From Yuukianura sp. NJ FZ-2021 (lineage: Eukaryota), in NCBI GenBank assembly GCA_046563655.1, contig CM102285.1, positions 13,020,001 through 13,084,000 of the forward strand: 64,000 bases of DNA, in the 5' to 3' direction. Below are positions 25,901-39,400 of the stretch, piece after piece. The position numbers were made by a program, and so were the translations under genes. The notes below the pieces were generated by a model. The model was not told where the DNA came from. It searched no databases and saw only the letters and a list, made by a program, of their open reading frames with translations. The stretch's first letter is position 1. Every line of letters begins with the position of its first letter.

Positions 25901-27024
25901 TCTGCTGCAGATGAACCTCGAGAAAGGCCAAAATTCATAACTTACGCAAGAAAAAAAAATTTGTGCTTAAAACGTCCCGGGCCACCAGAATTCTTTTGTC
26001 TAAGGATTTTCCTAGGAGCTGCTCATCATAACGCCTTTACTTCCGCCTGAATTAACTTTTTCTGAAAAGAATTTTTCCCGGGTACTTTTTTTCAAACGCA
26101 GTTTTTAAGCCAACTATAAACTACAAAACTGCAGAGAGTATATGAAATATCCTCTATAAAATGTCATCATGTCACCAGAACTCAAAAGATCCAAGGGTAT
26201 GACATTAGTGGGGAACAGGCTTTTGTCACTGGGACATAATTTGCAGATGGGCTTTACAGTTTCAAGGTCGACTGGAGCTGGGCAATCGGATGGATTCAAA
26301 ATTTTCAAAAAAGCTTCAACTTTTCAAAAAAGCTTACGTCCGACCGTAGTTCTTGTTCAAATGTATGACACATGGTAATCACTAGTTTTGACAAGGCGGC
26401 TGGTCGACAATGGTCACCCTCATCTTGTTCAATCACTTTGATACTTTTTTCAAAACGCTACAAAATCTGTTGTCCTTATGACCAAAAAGTTGTCGCCGCC
26501 GTCCGTTTACTTTAGACTTTCATAAAACTTTTTGTTCAAAATCGGAGCCCATCCGGGGACAGTTGGTTTTCACCCCTCCTCAAAATTTTCACCCTGCGCT
26601 GGGGACGGCGGCAGTGGTGGCTGGAAGTTTCAAAGTTTCAATTATTACAAAGTGAGTCGTCAGTCGCTTGTCACTGGAGGGGGAAGAAGAGAACTCATTG
26701 GGGTTAATTTGGTGTCAATCGGGAACATTGCTTCCTTTGATCTGACCTTACCCAAAATTCATCTCTCAACAAACACAAGTGGAGATGGATTGGACCAAGT
26801 TCAAAAAGAAATTTAGCATATTAATCAATGAATCTTCCACCCGAGTGCCTCTAAGTACTTAATTGAACAAGATTATTAAAACGCTTCCAAAGCTTTAACC
26901 ACTTGAACGCTCCGAGCGAAGCTTTCGACGCAGTTCGGAAAATCTTTCATTTCCGATCAAGCGTAACGGAAACCCAAAGCAACATTTATCTCAAAATCAA
27001 TGAAAAAAATCGGAGAATAAAAAT

Positions 27025-27672
27025 CAGTGTTGGCAGCACCCCCGCCCCACTGGGGACGGGGATGGGGATTATTGGGGTTTTCCCCACCCTCGGAAGTGGG
27101 GATTTTGGGGGTGATGGGGATTTAGTTTTTTTTATCCAAAATGGCTGACATTTTTTGTTGTTTTTCAATATAATAACATTGAAGTAATGCGATCTAAAAG
27201 TCCAGTATTGAATATTTCATATTATATATTATTTATAAATACATTATATTTATTATATAACATTTATATAATAATATCTGTACATGATATACTACAGACA
27301 GTCTGAATATCATTATGTTTTACCTTTATATGCTGTAGTTTATAATATAATAATAATTATACTATAATATATTAAAAATAAAACATAATAACTATGTTAT
27401 AATATAGTAAAAATAATATAGAATAAAAAATATTCAACGTTGGGCTTAAATTATAAAGTTTAATAACGATGGATAGCAACAAAGAACAAAATAGGGTGGA
27501 GTGTGGGAATGCTCGGGGTGGAGCTACGCTGAATTTTAGGTTTGCGCAGACGCTGCGCATGCGCTTTACAAAACATCGCCAGAGCCCCGATTTTCCCCAA
27601 ATCCCCGGGGATTTGGGGATAACCCCAATTCCCCGGGGAAAGCATATAATCCCCGGGGATCTGCCAACACTG
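27025..27672. mobile_element. hAT-superfamily-type MITE, 648 bp
   Basis: Perfect 12-bp TIRs CAGTGTTGGCAG (27025-27036) and CTGCCAACACTG (27661-27672), with an identical 8-bp TSD ATAAAAAT at 27017-27024 and 27673-27680. Subterminal GGGGA/TCCCC repeats on both sides, an extremely AT-rich interior and no transposase. Confidence 0.92.
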
Positions 27673-30035
27673 ATAAAAATTCTTCGCTTTAAAAAACGTT
27701 GAAACTGTTACAAAAATGTTTTCGAAAAACTTCAAAACGGCTAAAAAGTTTAAGTCCACTCGCTTTTAAGGTAAAATAAAAACAGCAGATTAATATCATA
27801 GATACAGATTGGCATATTTCGTGGAGGAAAGATGCGGCAAATGCAAAATCGGTTTTGTTCAAAATCTAGAATCTTAGAAATTTTGTGTCTTAGAAATCTT
27901 TTAGAAAAGTCTCAGCTAAGCGTCTCTTGTGAACGATTTTGTAAATTATGAAAATAGGCTCTTTGCTCTAACCAGAAAATAGATGGAACTGACTCTCGTT
28001 GCTTCGTTTTTCTTCTGTTTTCAATTTATGACCATTTAGCATTTCTAAAAACTTTTTCAGTTTGCATTCTACAGCAGCAGAAGTTTGTTCTGGAAGTTTT
28101 TCAAAGTACAGCTCGTGCTGTTGAAGATGAAACGAGAAAAAATGTTAGTCTAAATATAACTTTCCCTTGAACATTTTTCTCTCTGCTCTTTCCCGGGTAA
28201 AATCAGATCTTTTCCAAAAAGCCCTTTTTTGAAACACACACAGAAGAGGCTGAATTCCCCAAAAAATTCTTTCAGTTTCCTTCTAATACCCGCTTTTATC
28301 TCTCTCTCCAGCCTCCCTGGACTAACTCCTGGATTTTCAGATGACAATATAAGTATAACAACAATATCCTACACAACCAAGATACGACATAAAATGGAAA
28401 GAAAAAAGACTGCGAGTAATTGGACTTTGGCAGGAAATGAAAACTTCAGTTAAGAACCAACAAAAAAAGAAAAGTGAAAAAACGACAAAGACGCAGCGTA
28501 TCTCCTTCCCTCGGACAATTTCAACCAAAAATACTTTCTCTTTTCCAATTATCTCCTAAAATGGATGAGAGAAAATAGACAATAGAAAAGAAAAACGAAG
28601 GGATTCCAGGAAAAGATAGATCTTTGAAGAATCCTGGAAAAACGTCGTCTTTTTTCTAAGACCAAGGATCTGGAAAAAGTATCCAATCAAAGGGATGCCA
28701 ACGAAGTCCCCATAATCCACAAAATGAAACAAAAGACGCTTGTCATTCCACCCACGAACACTCCTAGCTTTTCAGTCCAAAGTCCTTTTCTTAGTTCTCC
28801 AAAAAAAGAAGTTACATCAAAAATTTAATTCCAATGAAATTGAAATTGAAGCCATTGTTGATCGTGACTCGCCTGAACAATAACAATTTGAGCCTCATTC
28901 CCTCGCTTGGACTGTCCTAAAAACACTCTTGCTGCGTGTTCTAAACATTCAAAATGGCCGATCCTTAATAATTTACACTCTTTAATACCCCTGCTCTCAT
29001 ATATCTTGTTCAGAACATCATTCCTGTTTTCCATTTTCTCTGAAAAGTCATTTCCATCTGTTATACAATGCATTTTAGATCTCCAAATCTCAGCAGAACA
29101 AAAGCGGAACAACAACACGAAAACAATCGGGCTGTTTTCAACCCACATTAAAAAATATCTCAACTACAATCCATTTACAAAAATTTTTCATCAAAACTAC
29201 ATACTTTTAACGCCTTCTAAAGGTTTCCATGCATCTTCGACACAATTTTAACGGAAGCCCTAAGAAAAAATCAACTTTTAGATTTCAAAATTTTCCAGAA
29301 AAAAATACGTCTCAAGGTTCTCACACTGACTTTTTTTCGTCCACACTGACTTTTTAAAATCAAAACACGAAAAAATCAACTTTTCTATTTCAGAATTTGG
29401 TTATTTTTGGCAAAAACGAAAAAAAGATATCATTTCCTATATTATTTATAAATCAGAAGGCATAAACGTATCGGATTTTTGCCAATTCCTTGGTATGATT
29501 CATCAGTTGGAAAATTGGGGCATCGAATGCCAACATTTTTGCGCAGAAATCACTCCGAAATGACATTGTTGACTGGCTGGGAGGTGACCGCAGAGTGTTA
29601 ACTGCAAAAAAAGAAGGAAAGTAACCGAGTGACTCATCCGCAGTGAGACTTGGCAAGTTTCCCCGGGAGAACAGCCGCCAGTTAACATCGGGCATCAGGA
29701 TGATCTTTTAGTAGGTTGCGATTATGGATCGGTTAAATCTGATACTCTGTGGATGCCAACAATTCAACATAAGAAGTTTTTTCAGTATAACTGGATATAA
29801 CTGAAGAATCTGCCAAATTTAAAATCTAGAGGGGTTTTCACCGATTTCCTCAACTGTTACCCGGCACTTCCAATCGCTCCAACCCAATTCTCCTGTGCTA
29901 AATTCAATCCTCCCCGGGTATAACCCGAGAGGAGGGAAAATGCAAAAAATAACGTCTGGACCACTTTCAAGTTCCTTCTTACCAACTTCCTTAACCTCAA
30001 TGTACGCTACAAAAAAATCTTTTCAAAACCAAATT

Positions 30036-30045
30036 CTAAAAATAG
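30036..30045. promoter_or_regulatory. MEF2 consensus site (CTAAAAATAG) upstream of sls; further matches at 30907-30916 (intron 1) and 25503-25512
   Basis: Exact YTA(A/T)4TAR matches flank the first coding exon of a muscle structural gene. The AT-rich background lowers specificity. Confidence 0.4.
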
Positions 30046-30464
30046 TAAAATTAAGAACATCTTCACTTTTCAGTTTTCTTCCTGCTGCATCCACTCCCTA
30101 GCTCTTCAGTTGTATTTTAAACGTCTTCCACTTACCAAGTTAAAAAGCTACTTAAGAAGAAGCCTAAAAGTAGGTTCCGGATTTTTGTATTACTAAACGG
30201 GTAGAAAGTCTGTACAGCGAAAGAGAGCGAATGTGAGAATAGAAAATTTTAATTTTCTATTACCGGTGTGCTAAAAATTGCACTTTTGCAATTTTAGAGT
30301 AAGTGTGTGGCAACAAACGGCGCTTCAGTGGAAGATTGACTTGCGAAAGGAAAGAAAATACAACTTGTGCGAAAATTGTTCATAAACTCAACGAACGAAT
30401 TTTAAAGTTTTTTGGATTATATATGCTTTTTTTGACTTTTTAACCAAAATAACTTCAAAACACG

Positions 30465-33400
30465 ATGAAGAAACAAAGATTGAATTCCGGTGTTGTTGAA
30501 AAAACGGTGATTCAACAACACTCGAGTGAACAACAATACATGGAAGGTAAGTAGTTTGTGTTTCGACATTTTTTGAAAAGTTGAAATCCAGAAAAACTTT
30601 TTTCAAAATTCGGTTTTAAAATGTTCACACTGCTTACAGTTTGTTGTAGTTCAATGTCTAGGAAGCTTCCTTTTACTAACGTGTCGAATTTTTCTTTGTA
30701 AAAAAAAAAATTCAAAAACACTTGTCTTTTTCGTTTTTTTTTTAAAAACTTTCCCTTGGTTTAATATGAATCAAAATAATAGACAAAAAACATTCTCCTC
30801 CCGATTTTTTTTTCGAAAATATATGTAGAGTGGAATTTGGCATTTGAGTCCGTGACTCACTCGACTCCATCTTAGGAGAGCCATGTCTGAAATTCTGACT
30901 CCATTGCTATTTTTAACGTTTCAAAAGAAATTGAATACGAAGTTGGAAATTGGACCAAGTCCAAGTCTGACTTCGAGATGAGAGACGCTTGTTTTAGGTT
31001 CCGCCTGGTGCACTTCCATATTTCATGTCTCACGGAATGTGTTATTTTAATGGCATTTTACAGTGACTCAAGATGGACAGAGTCAGCATCGAGAACAAAG
31101 AATGCAACAGCAGCAAATTGTTCAACAGCAGCAGCAGTATGGATACCAACGACAACTTTCTCAACAACAGCAGCAGCAGCAACTTCAACAACAGCAACAA
31201 GGTCAACAGTTGGTATCCACACAGCAGCAGCAACTCCAACAACGACAAACTCAAACGACGCAGGTTCAGCAGCAGCGTCAAATTCAACAGACGCAGCGTC
31301 AACAGATCCAGCAGGTCACTCAGCAGGGTCAGACGCAGGTCCCTGCTCAACATACGCCACTTCAAACTATAACAAATCTACCTAGGACTGGCGGAAGGTT
31401 ACAAAATATTTATAAACTATTTCGCATATTAACATATTATAATATTACATATTTATATTATTCCGCTCAAATATATTTCCAAAAAAAAATTGGCAAATGT
31501 CCTAATGTCCAGTACTTTGTCAAATTTGTTATGATTTCACATTTTGAATGCGCCATTTATGAAATATTGTTTTCAGTCCGCCAATATTTACTCAAATTTT
31601 TCGAAACACACGATTTGCCAGCGGTTCAACGGCGACATTCGAAGGGTGTGTCACTGGAACGCCTAAACCAACAGTCGAATGGATTCGAAACGGAAAAACT
31701 TTGACACGTAAGTTACAAAACGAACCAAAGAACCAATGCCAAATTTTTTGCACAAACTTCGCCAACAAAAACCTAAACTTCACATTCTTGTTCTCTAGCT
31801 TCAAACAAATATGCAATGAACTACCATCCTCAAAGCGGTCGGATTCAGCTACACATTCACGGTATCAATGCGCAGGACGAAGGAGAATACACTTGCTGCG
31901 CAAGAAACGACTACGGAGACGCCGTTTGTACCGTCTTCATCCAACCGGAACAACTTCCACCACAGCAAAAGTTGCAAACTCAGCTGAGTCAGCAGCAGCG
32001 TTGGTCTCAACAGCAGTCCCGCAGTGAAGAATTTACCGTTGAAACATTCGAACAGCGCTTGCTTAACGAAACCTCATACAGACAGGTTCATACCGAGCAG
32101 AGTCAGCGGTTAGCTCCGCGAACCGTATCCTACGGTCAGCCGCAAACTCCTCCAGTGCTGACCCAGCCTCTCCGCAATACCAAATTGCTCGAAGGTTCCA
32201 CCGCGGCGTTCACAGCTCGCTACACCGCTAACCCAGATGCAACCGTCACGTGGTTCCACAACGGCCGGCGACTCGTTCCTTCAAATCGAGTTGCAATCAA
32301 CACAAAAGCAAACGAATCAACTCTGGTAGTTCGGTCAATCCAGCAAGAAGATTCTGGACACTTTACGATTCTTCTGGAAAATACGCTCGGCTGTATCGTC
32401 CAGTCAGCACAGCTTTTCGTTGACAAATTGGAGGAGGAGCCAAAGACATCTCCGCCCCAATTCCTCAAGAAACCAGTTGACCTCCAAGTCCAGGAGGGGA
32501 AAACGGCTCGACTAGAATGCAAGGTCATCGGAAAACCATATCCGGAACTTACTTGGTTTATCAATGGAGTTCAAGTTGTCAATGACGTCAATCACAAGAC
32601 GCTTGTCAACGAATCTGGCAATCACTCCCTTCTCATCTACAATGTCAAGAAGCATGAAGAGGGGCTTGTCACTTGCGTCGCTCGAAATGTGCAAGGGGAA
32701 GAAAAATGCCAAGCGAAATTGGATGTCACCCAGGCAGAAGTACTGGTGTCACCAAAGTTCATGCAGAGATTCAAGTCTACTACGATTCGAGCTGGCGACA
32801 AATTGGAACTCGGCGTGAGAGCAATCGGAGTCCCGGATGTCAGAATTCAATGGCAAAAGGTGACAAATTTTTCCTTTTTTCCATAATTTCAAAGTCTTTC
32901 AAAACATTTCGAGCATATAAGGTGTTACGAACTATATAAAACAAGTTTGTTAGGTGCACAACTCCTAGTTAACGAAATCTTAAATTTTAAACTCTCGTTG
33001 CGAAATATAACTTTCAAATCGTTTTAGGACAACTATCCCATTAGTCAAGACCACCACTTGAGCATCACGACCACGCAAGATACTTCGACGCTGTTCATCC
33101 CATCAGCCACAGCCAGTGACTCTGGATGGTACACCGTAATTGCTACGAATACTGCCGGAACTACTTCGACTCGAGCTCGTGTCACGGTCATCGAAGAAGA
33201 AGAGCCAGCCACACCAGCTTGGCGTCTCCAACTACCCAAACCTGTGAAGACAATTGAACCAGAACCGCCAGTCGATCCAGAAGTCATTTACCTCCGACAC
33301 ATTGAACCTGTCAAACAGACTTACAAGCGACAACTCAGCAATGAACCGGTCTACGAACCACCAATTTTTCTGATTCCATTGAAGGACCAAACGGTCATTG

Positions 33401-36400
33401 AAGGAACAAGGGCTCACTTGGAAGCCAAGATCTACCCGGTAGGAGATCCGACAATGAAGATTAATTGGTACTGGAACGACCGCTTGGTACAGAGCAGTTC
33501 GCGAATTAATACAATCAACAACTTTGGATTCGTGGCTCTGGATATCATCAACACGAATATGAGTGACAGCGGAGTTTTTCGATGTGTCGTCAAAAGCGCC
33601 ACCGGGACTGCGGAGTCTAGCGCACTACTTCAAGTTGAACGTAAGTTCACTACCATACTAAACTTTTATTTCGAAAATTTTCACCAAAAAACTATCTTTT
33701 CTGGGTCTGAAAAACGTGTCAGTTTCAAGCTTTCAAAAAAAATTATTTTTTTTTTTGCGGAAAACCATGAGAAAAGGTTTAAAACGGCGTAAAAATTAGA
33801 AAGGAGAGGAAGGAAAACAAAAATTTGCGATCTGAGAAATTTTGGGTCCATTTTGAAACTTTCAAAAAAAATTTTTTTTCTGACTGAATTCAACTTTCAT
33901 AGCAGCGTGAGAACAAGTTTTACATTAGGTTTTGGACAAAAAAAATGAAAAAAAAATTCTTTTCTTTTTTATGGAAATTCTTTGTATCTGTTTCGCCAAA
34001 AAATTGCACGAATTTTTTTTTACTTCTAAAATCGGAAAATAAGCTCCCAACTCAAAACAAGCTTTCTTGGTATAAATTTAAATTTAGAGAAAGCATTTAC
34101 AAAAGCAGTTCAGTTGTTGAAAAAATCTAAACAAGTTTATCGTTACAAAATCAATATAGAAATTACTAGAATGGACAACTTGCATGACAGAATTTTTTTG
34201 AATGCCTTTGTTTACAGCTCGTCATGACACGTACTCTCAGCTAAGTACGTCAACCCTGTCGAGATTGCAATATCTAGAAGACTCTTCTCGCTACTCCCGT
34301 CAAACCACTGCCATTGAAGAACCGACAATTCCTCCACGATTTACCAAAGAGCTCAAGTCACTCAGCCTCCCTGAATCTTCCGCAGCACATTTCGAAGGTC
34401 GAATTGAGCCTGTTGGAGAGAACGTTCAACTGGAATGGTACAAAGATGGACGGCCGCTCGTGTCCAGCTCTCGTATCAACACAATCAACAACTTTGGTTA
34501 CGTCAGTCTCAACATGAATAACCTTCGAGCCGAAGATTCCGGAACCTACGTCTGTCGAATCTGGAACGCAGCAGGTCAAGCCGAGAGTGTCGCTCAATTG
34601 AACGTCATTGTCCAGCAGCAGCCAGCGGAACAGCAGCACTTTGAGTACACCCGCCAAGTCTCAAAGTTCGTTGAAGAGGAAGCCGTTGAAGCCTCGACCG
34701 CCCCAGTTTTCAAAACGCCACTCCGTGACCAACTTGACCTCCAAGAACTTGGTTTTGCTCACTTCGAAGCTCGTCTGGAGCCTCTCAACGATCCATCTTT
34801 GTTCATTGAGTGGTACAAAGATGGTATCCCTATTGAAGCCAGCTCTCGGATCAATTCCTTTTTCAACTTCGGCTACGTCGCTCTCACGATCAAGGAACTT
34901 CGACAATCAGACATCGGCACTTACTCCTGCGTGGCCAAAAACAAGCTGGGACAAGCCATGACCTCGGCTACTCTAACTTTGAAAAAGATTGAAACCGTGA
35001 CGAAATCCATGGAACGGACAGTTGTATCCAAGGCTTCTTACAACTTTGCTCCAGAATTTGTCCAACAACTCAAACATACTACGAAGGTCATAGAAGGTCA
35101 ACGAGCTCACTTTGAAACGCAGATAAACCATACGCAAGCCAGCGTAACTTGGTACAAGGACAACAGACCACTGCAACTTAGCAACCGAATTCAAACTAAT
35201 GTTGACTACGGTTACATTTCTCTGGACATCAGCAACGTAACTCGAGAGGACAGCGGTGTTTACACCGTCATCGTTTCCAATGAGCTTGGTCACAAGCAGC
35301 AGTCAGCTGAGCTCATTGTTGAAAAACGAACACAACAAGTTTCGTCCGTTGCAAAAATGACTCGAGAGGAATCTACTGTCAAACCAGCATTTTTGAAACA
35401 ACTTTCAAATGTTACCGCCAAGGAGCAAACTACTGTCCATTTGGAGACCCACTTGAACCAATGTCCAGACGCTTCAATCGAATGGTACAAAGACGGTAAA
35501 CCGTTGACAATTGGCTCTCGATTCAAAACTTATTATGACTTTGGCTATGTCAGCCTTGACATTAACCATGTCACATCAAATGATACTGGAGAGTACACCG
35601 TGGTCGCCAAGAACTCAGCTGGACAAGCTATAACTAGCTGCGTAGTTCAAGTACTGCCATCACAACAAATTGAAACGCAGACATTGAATGAAGCCGCGTT
35701 GGAACAAATGGATTACTTAGAACACCGAACCAAACGTCAAGACATGGAAGCTCCATCGGAATTCCCGCCACCAACATTTACAAAACAGCTAAAACCGGTT
35801 CAAACAACAGAGTTGAGCAATGTTCACCTAGAAGCCAGACTCCAACCTGTGGGCGATCCGTCAATGAAAGTCTATTGGTTCAAAGACAACCAACCTGTAC
35901 CTGTCGGATCGCGGTTTCACCCATCACATGAATTTGACTACGTTAGTCTTGATATCCTTGGAGTCTACACAACCGATTCCGGAGTTTATACTTGCGTAGC
36001 AAAGAGTAACAGCGGTGAAGTCTATACGCAATGTCCCGTTCATGTTATAAGCAGCATGGACGCAGAAGTGGGCGGAGCTTACAGCGCCAAAGGAATGCAG
36101 CAGCTTCAATACTTGGAAGATTCAAGCAAATATTCTCGCAGTGCCCAAATGGAAGAGACCATCAGTACCGTTCCGCGGTTCGTTACCAAACCGAAAAATT
36201 CTGCCGTCCGGGAATACGAAACAAGTCACTTTGAATGCAAACTGGAGCCGCTCAACGACCCGAATTTGAGCGTCCAATGGTACAAAGATGGCAAACCTTT
36301 GACCATCGGCTCTCGCTTTGTCCACATCCATGACTTTGGTTACGTCGCTCTGGACATCAAAAACGTTATTTCAGAAGATACCGGAGTATACACATGCCGA

Positions 36401-39400
36401 GCCACCAATTTAGTAGGAGCTGACCAAGTCGAATGTGAGCTGATTTGCAAAAGAACCAAAAGTATCGTCAGCGATCGCCAAGTCGAAGTAGCACACCTCG
36501 AAAGGGCACCCAAACCAGTGGAACAAGAGCCCGACTATGTTTCAACGCAAGCTCCAGTGTTCACCACAGCCATCAAAAATATTCAACTCCAAGAAAGTCA
36601 ACGCGGTCACTTCGAATGTCGCCTAATTCCAGTCTCAGATCCAACAATGACTGTTACTTGGTACAAAGATGGTCAAGAACTCAAGTCCGGTTCACGGTTC
36701 AACACGGTAGAGTCTTTTGGCTACGTCGCTCTCGACATCTACAGTTCAATTGTTGACGACCAAGGTGAGTACACCGTTGTCGCTAGAAACTCTCAAGGTC
36801 AAGCCATCAACTCCGGTCATTTGGAGGTCGTTGGCACTGGCGGAATTGAAACAGCTACACTCAACGAGTCCAGCTTAAGTCAAATCCAGCTACTTGAAAA
36901 CCGGCGCAGAGCTACTAAGACGCAGCTTGAATTCGTTACCATTGCACCACAATTTACAAAACCGTTGACTGATGTTGTCAAGTATGAAAATCAGCCGGTT
37001 CACTTGGAAGCTCGGCTAATTCCTGTAGGAGATTCGGATTTGAAGGTCAGCTGGTTCCGAAACGGCATCCCAATTGAAGCCAGTAACCGAATCAGTACCA
37101 TCCATGACTTTGGCTATGTCAGTCTCAATATGGTGTACCTCAAAGAAATTGATTCTGGAACTTACACATGCGTTGCTCGAAATGCCCACGGAGAAGCCGT
37201 TACCAGTTGCAAACTAATTATCCGAAAAGAGGAAGATATCCAGGACTACGACATTGAGAAACTGCGCATGCTAGAAGATACTTCACGGTATCGAAGGAAG
37301 GAAGAGGAAGAAATTACAGTCAAAAGTCCACCAAGATTTGTTACTCCCTTAACTGGGCCAACTAACCTTCCAGAAGCAGCTACCGGTCATGTCGAAGCTC
37401 GAGTGGAACCTTATCCTGACAATTCCATGAAAATCTCATGGTCAAAGGACGGTAAACCGGTACTGGTTGGCAGTCGAATCAAACCTACCTACGATTTCGG
37501 TTTCGTTTCACTTGACATTCAAGATCTCATTGCCGAAGATTCTGGACTTTACACATGCAAAGCCGAAAACCGTCACGGCCAAGCTATAAGTCAAATTCAA
37601 ATCAACATTGTTCCAAAATCCGGAATCGAAACGACTTCGCAGCACATGGATTCTTTAGAAAAAATCAAAAACCTAGAGAGTCCACACAAGAAACCAAAAA
37701 TGGAAGAAATTTCAGCTCGTGAAAAACCGCGATTTCTTAAACCATTGAACAATGCCAACATTCTGGAAGGTACGCCAGTACATCTCGAGTCTACACTACT
37801 GCCAGTAGGTGACGACACAATGGAAGTAGCTTGGTTCAAAGATGGCCTCCCTCTGCCAACTGGCCACCGATTCAAAACATTGTACAACTTTGGTTTCGTT
37901 GCCATGGACCTACTGTACGCCTATCCAGAAGATTCTGGTGTCTACACTTGCAAAGCCAAAAACGCTGTCGGAGAGGCTCAAATAACATGCGCGGTCAACG
38001 TCACTTCAAAAGAAGGTCTGCAACTTGGCACGCTGGATGCACAGCGTCTAGCAAAAATTCAAGCACTGGAGAAACCAGACGAAGAAGAGGCAGAACTTGC
38101 TCCCGCCGGGGCAACGCCACCAGTATTTAAAACAGCTTTGCAAAATATTACTCAACCAGAAGCTACTCACGTTCACGTCGAAACAAGCTTGCTACCCATC
38201 AACGATTCTAACCTCAAAGTCAGCTGGTTTCACAATGGTCAACCACTCAAGACTGGTCACCGGTTCAAAACGACTCACGACTTTGGTTATGTCGCTCTCG
38301 ATATTCTGTATTCTTATATCGAAGATACCGGAACTTATATCTGCAAAGCCGAAAACAAAGTTGGGCAAGCCGTTAATACTTGTGAAGTCACAATTACACC
38401 AGAACATGTTACCCACACTCAACATCCAGACAGTCTGCCAAAAATTCAAGCTCTGGAAGCCATGAAACCAAAAGCAGCAAAAGCTCCAGAAGAAATCGTT
38501 CCGGCTCCAATCATAACAGCTAAACTGACCGGTACTGAAATTGTACCGGAAGGAGGACCGGCTCATTTTGAATGTAAAGTCAACACACCGAATTGTACTG
38601 TCGAATGGTTCAAAGACGGTGCACCACTTCAGTCTTCAGCTCGTCATCATTTGACCAACGACTTCTGTTACATCAGTCTCAACATTTCAAAATGTGTCAA
38701 AGAAGATGGCGGAATTTACACGGTCGTGGCTAAAAACAAATCTGGCCAAGCCACTGACTCAGTCCGAATGCAAGTCATTACAGAAAAGAGTGTCGTTACA
38801 GAGTCAAGCCGAACGGAAGTCCTTGGCAAACTGAGAAGCTTAGAAGACAAGCCGAAGGCTCCACGAGAAGACGTCCCCGTGACATACCAGCGGCCTATTT
38901 TTACTGTACCATTTGCCAACCAACAGGCTCCAGAAGGTCAAAATGTCCATTTTGAAGGTCGCGTAATTCCAGTCGGAGATCCGAAATTGAGACTAGAATT
39001 TTTCCGAAATGGCAAACCAATTGAAGACAGTTCTCGGATTAAGAAAACCCATGACTTTGGATTTGTGGCTCTGGATATTCAACACGTCCGACCAGATGAC
39101 GAAGGAGTTTACATGTGTCGAGCCGTTAACGACCATGGAGAGGCTATTACAACAGCTCGAATGGACCTCATCTCCTCAACTCCCGCCGTGTCAACTACGT
39201 CTCACCATCCAGAAAGTATACCAAAACTGCAGCAGCTTGAAGCTAAGCCACTCGGTAGACCAGAGGAGGCTCCAACGACATATCCAAAGCCAACCATAAC
39301 AGCAACATTGACCGGTCCAGCTGAAGTGTGGGAAGGACAGCCAGCTCACTTTGAATGTCGAGTTATACCAATCAATGATCCAAATTTAACATACGAATGG

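Noticed and set aside
21500..30000. Numerous 60-115 aa ORFs in the spalt-sls intergenic region
   Set aside because: Low-complexity AT-driven composition, with no consistent splice structure or known motifs.
30845..30902. GACTC/GAGTC repeats resembling subterminal repeats of a DNA transposon
   Set aside because: Too short and degenerate; no TIR or TSD found.
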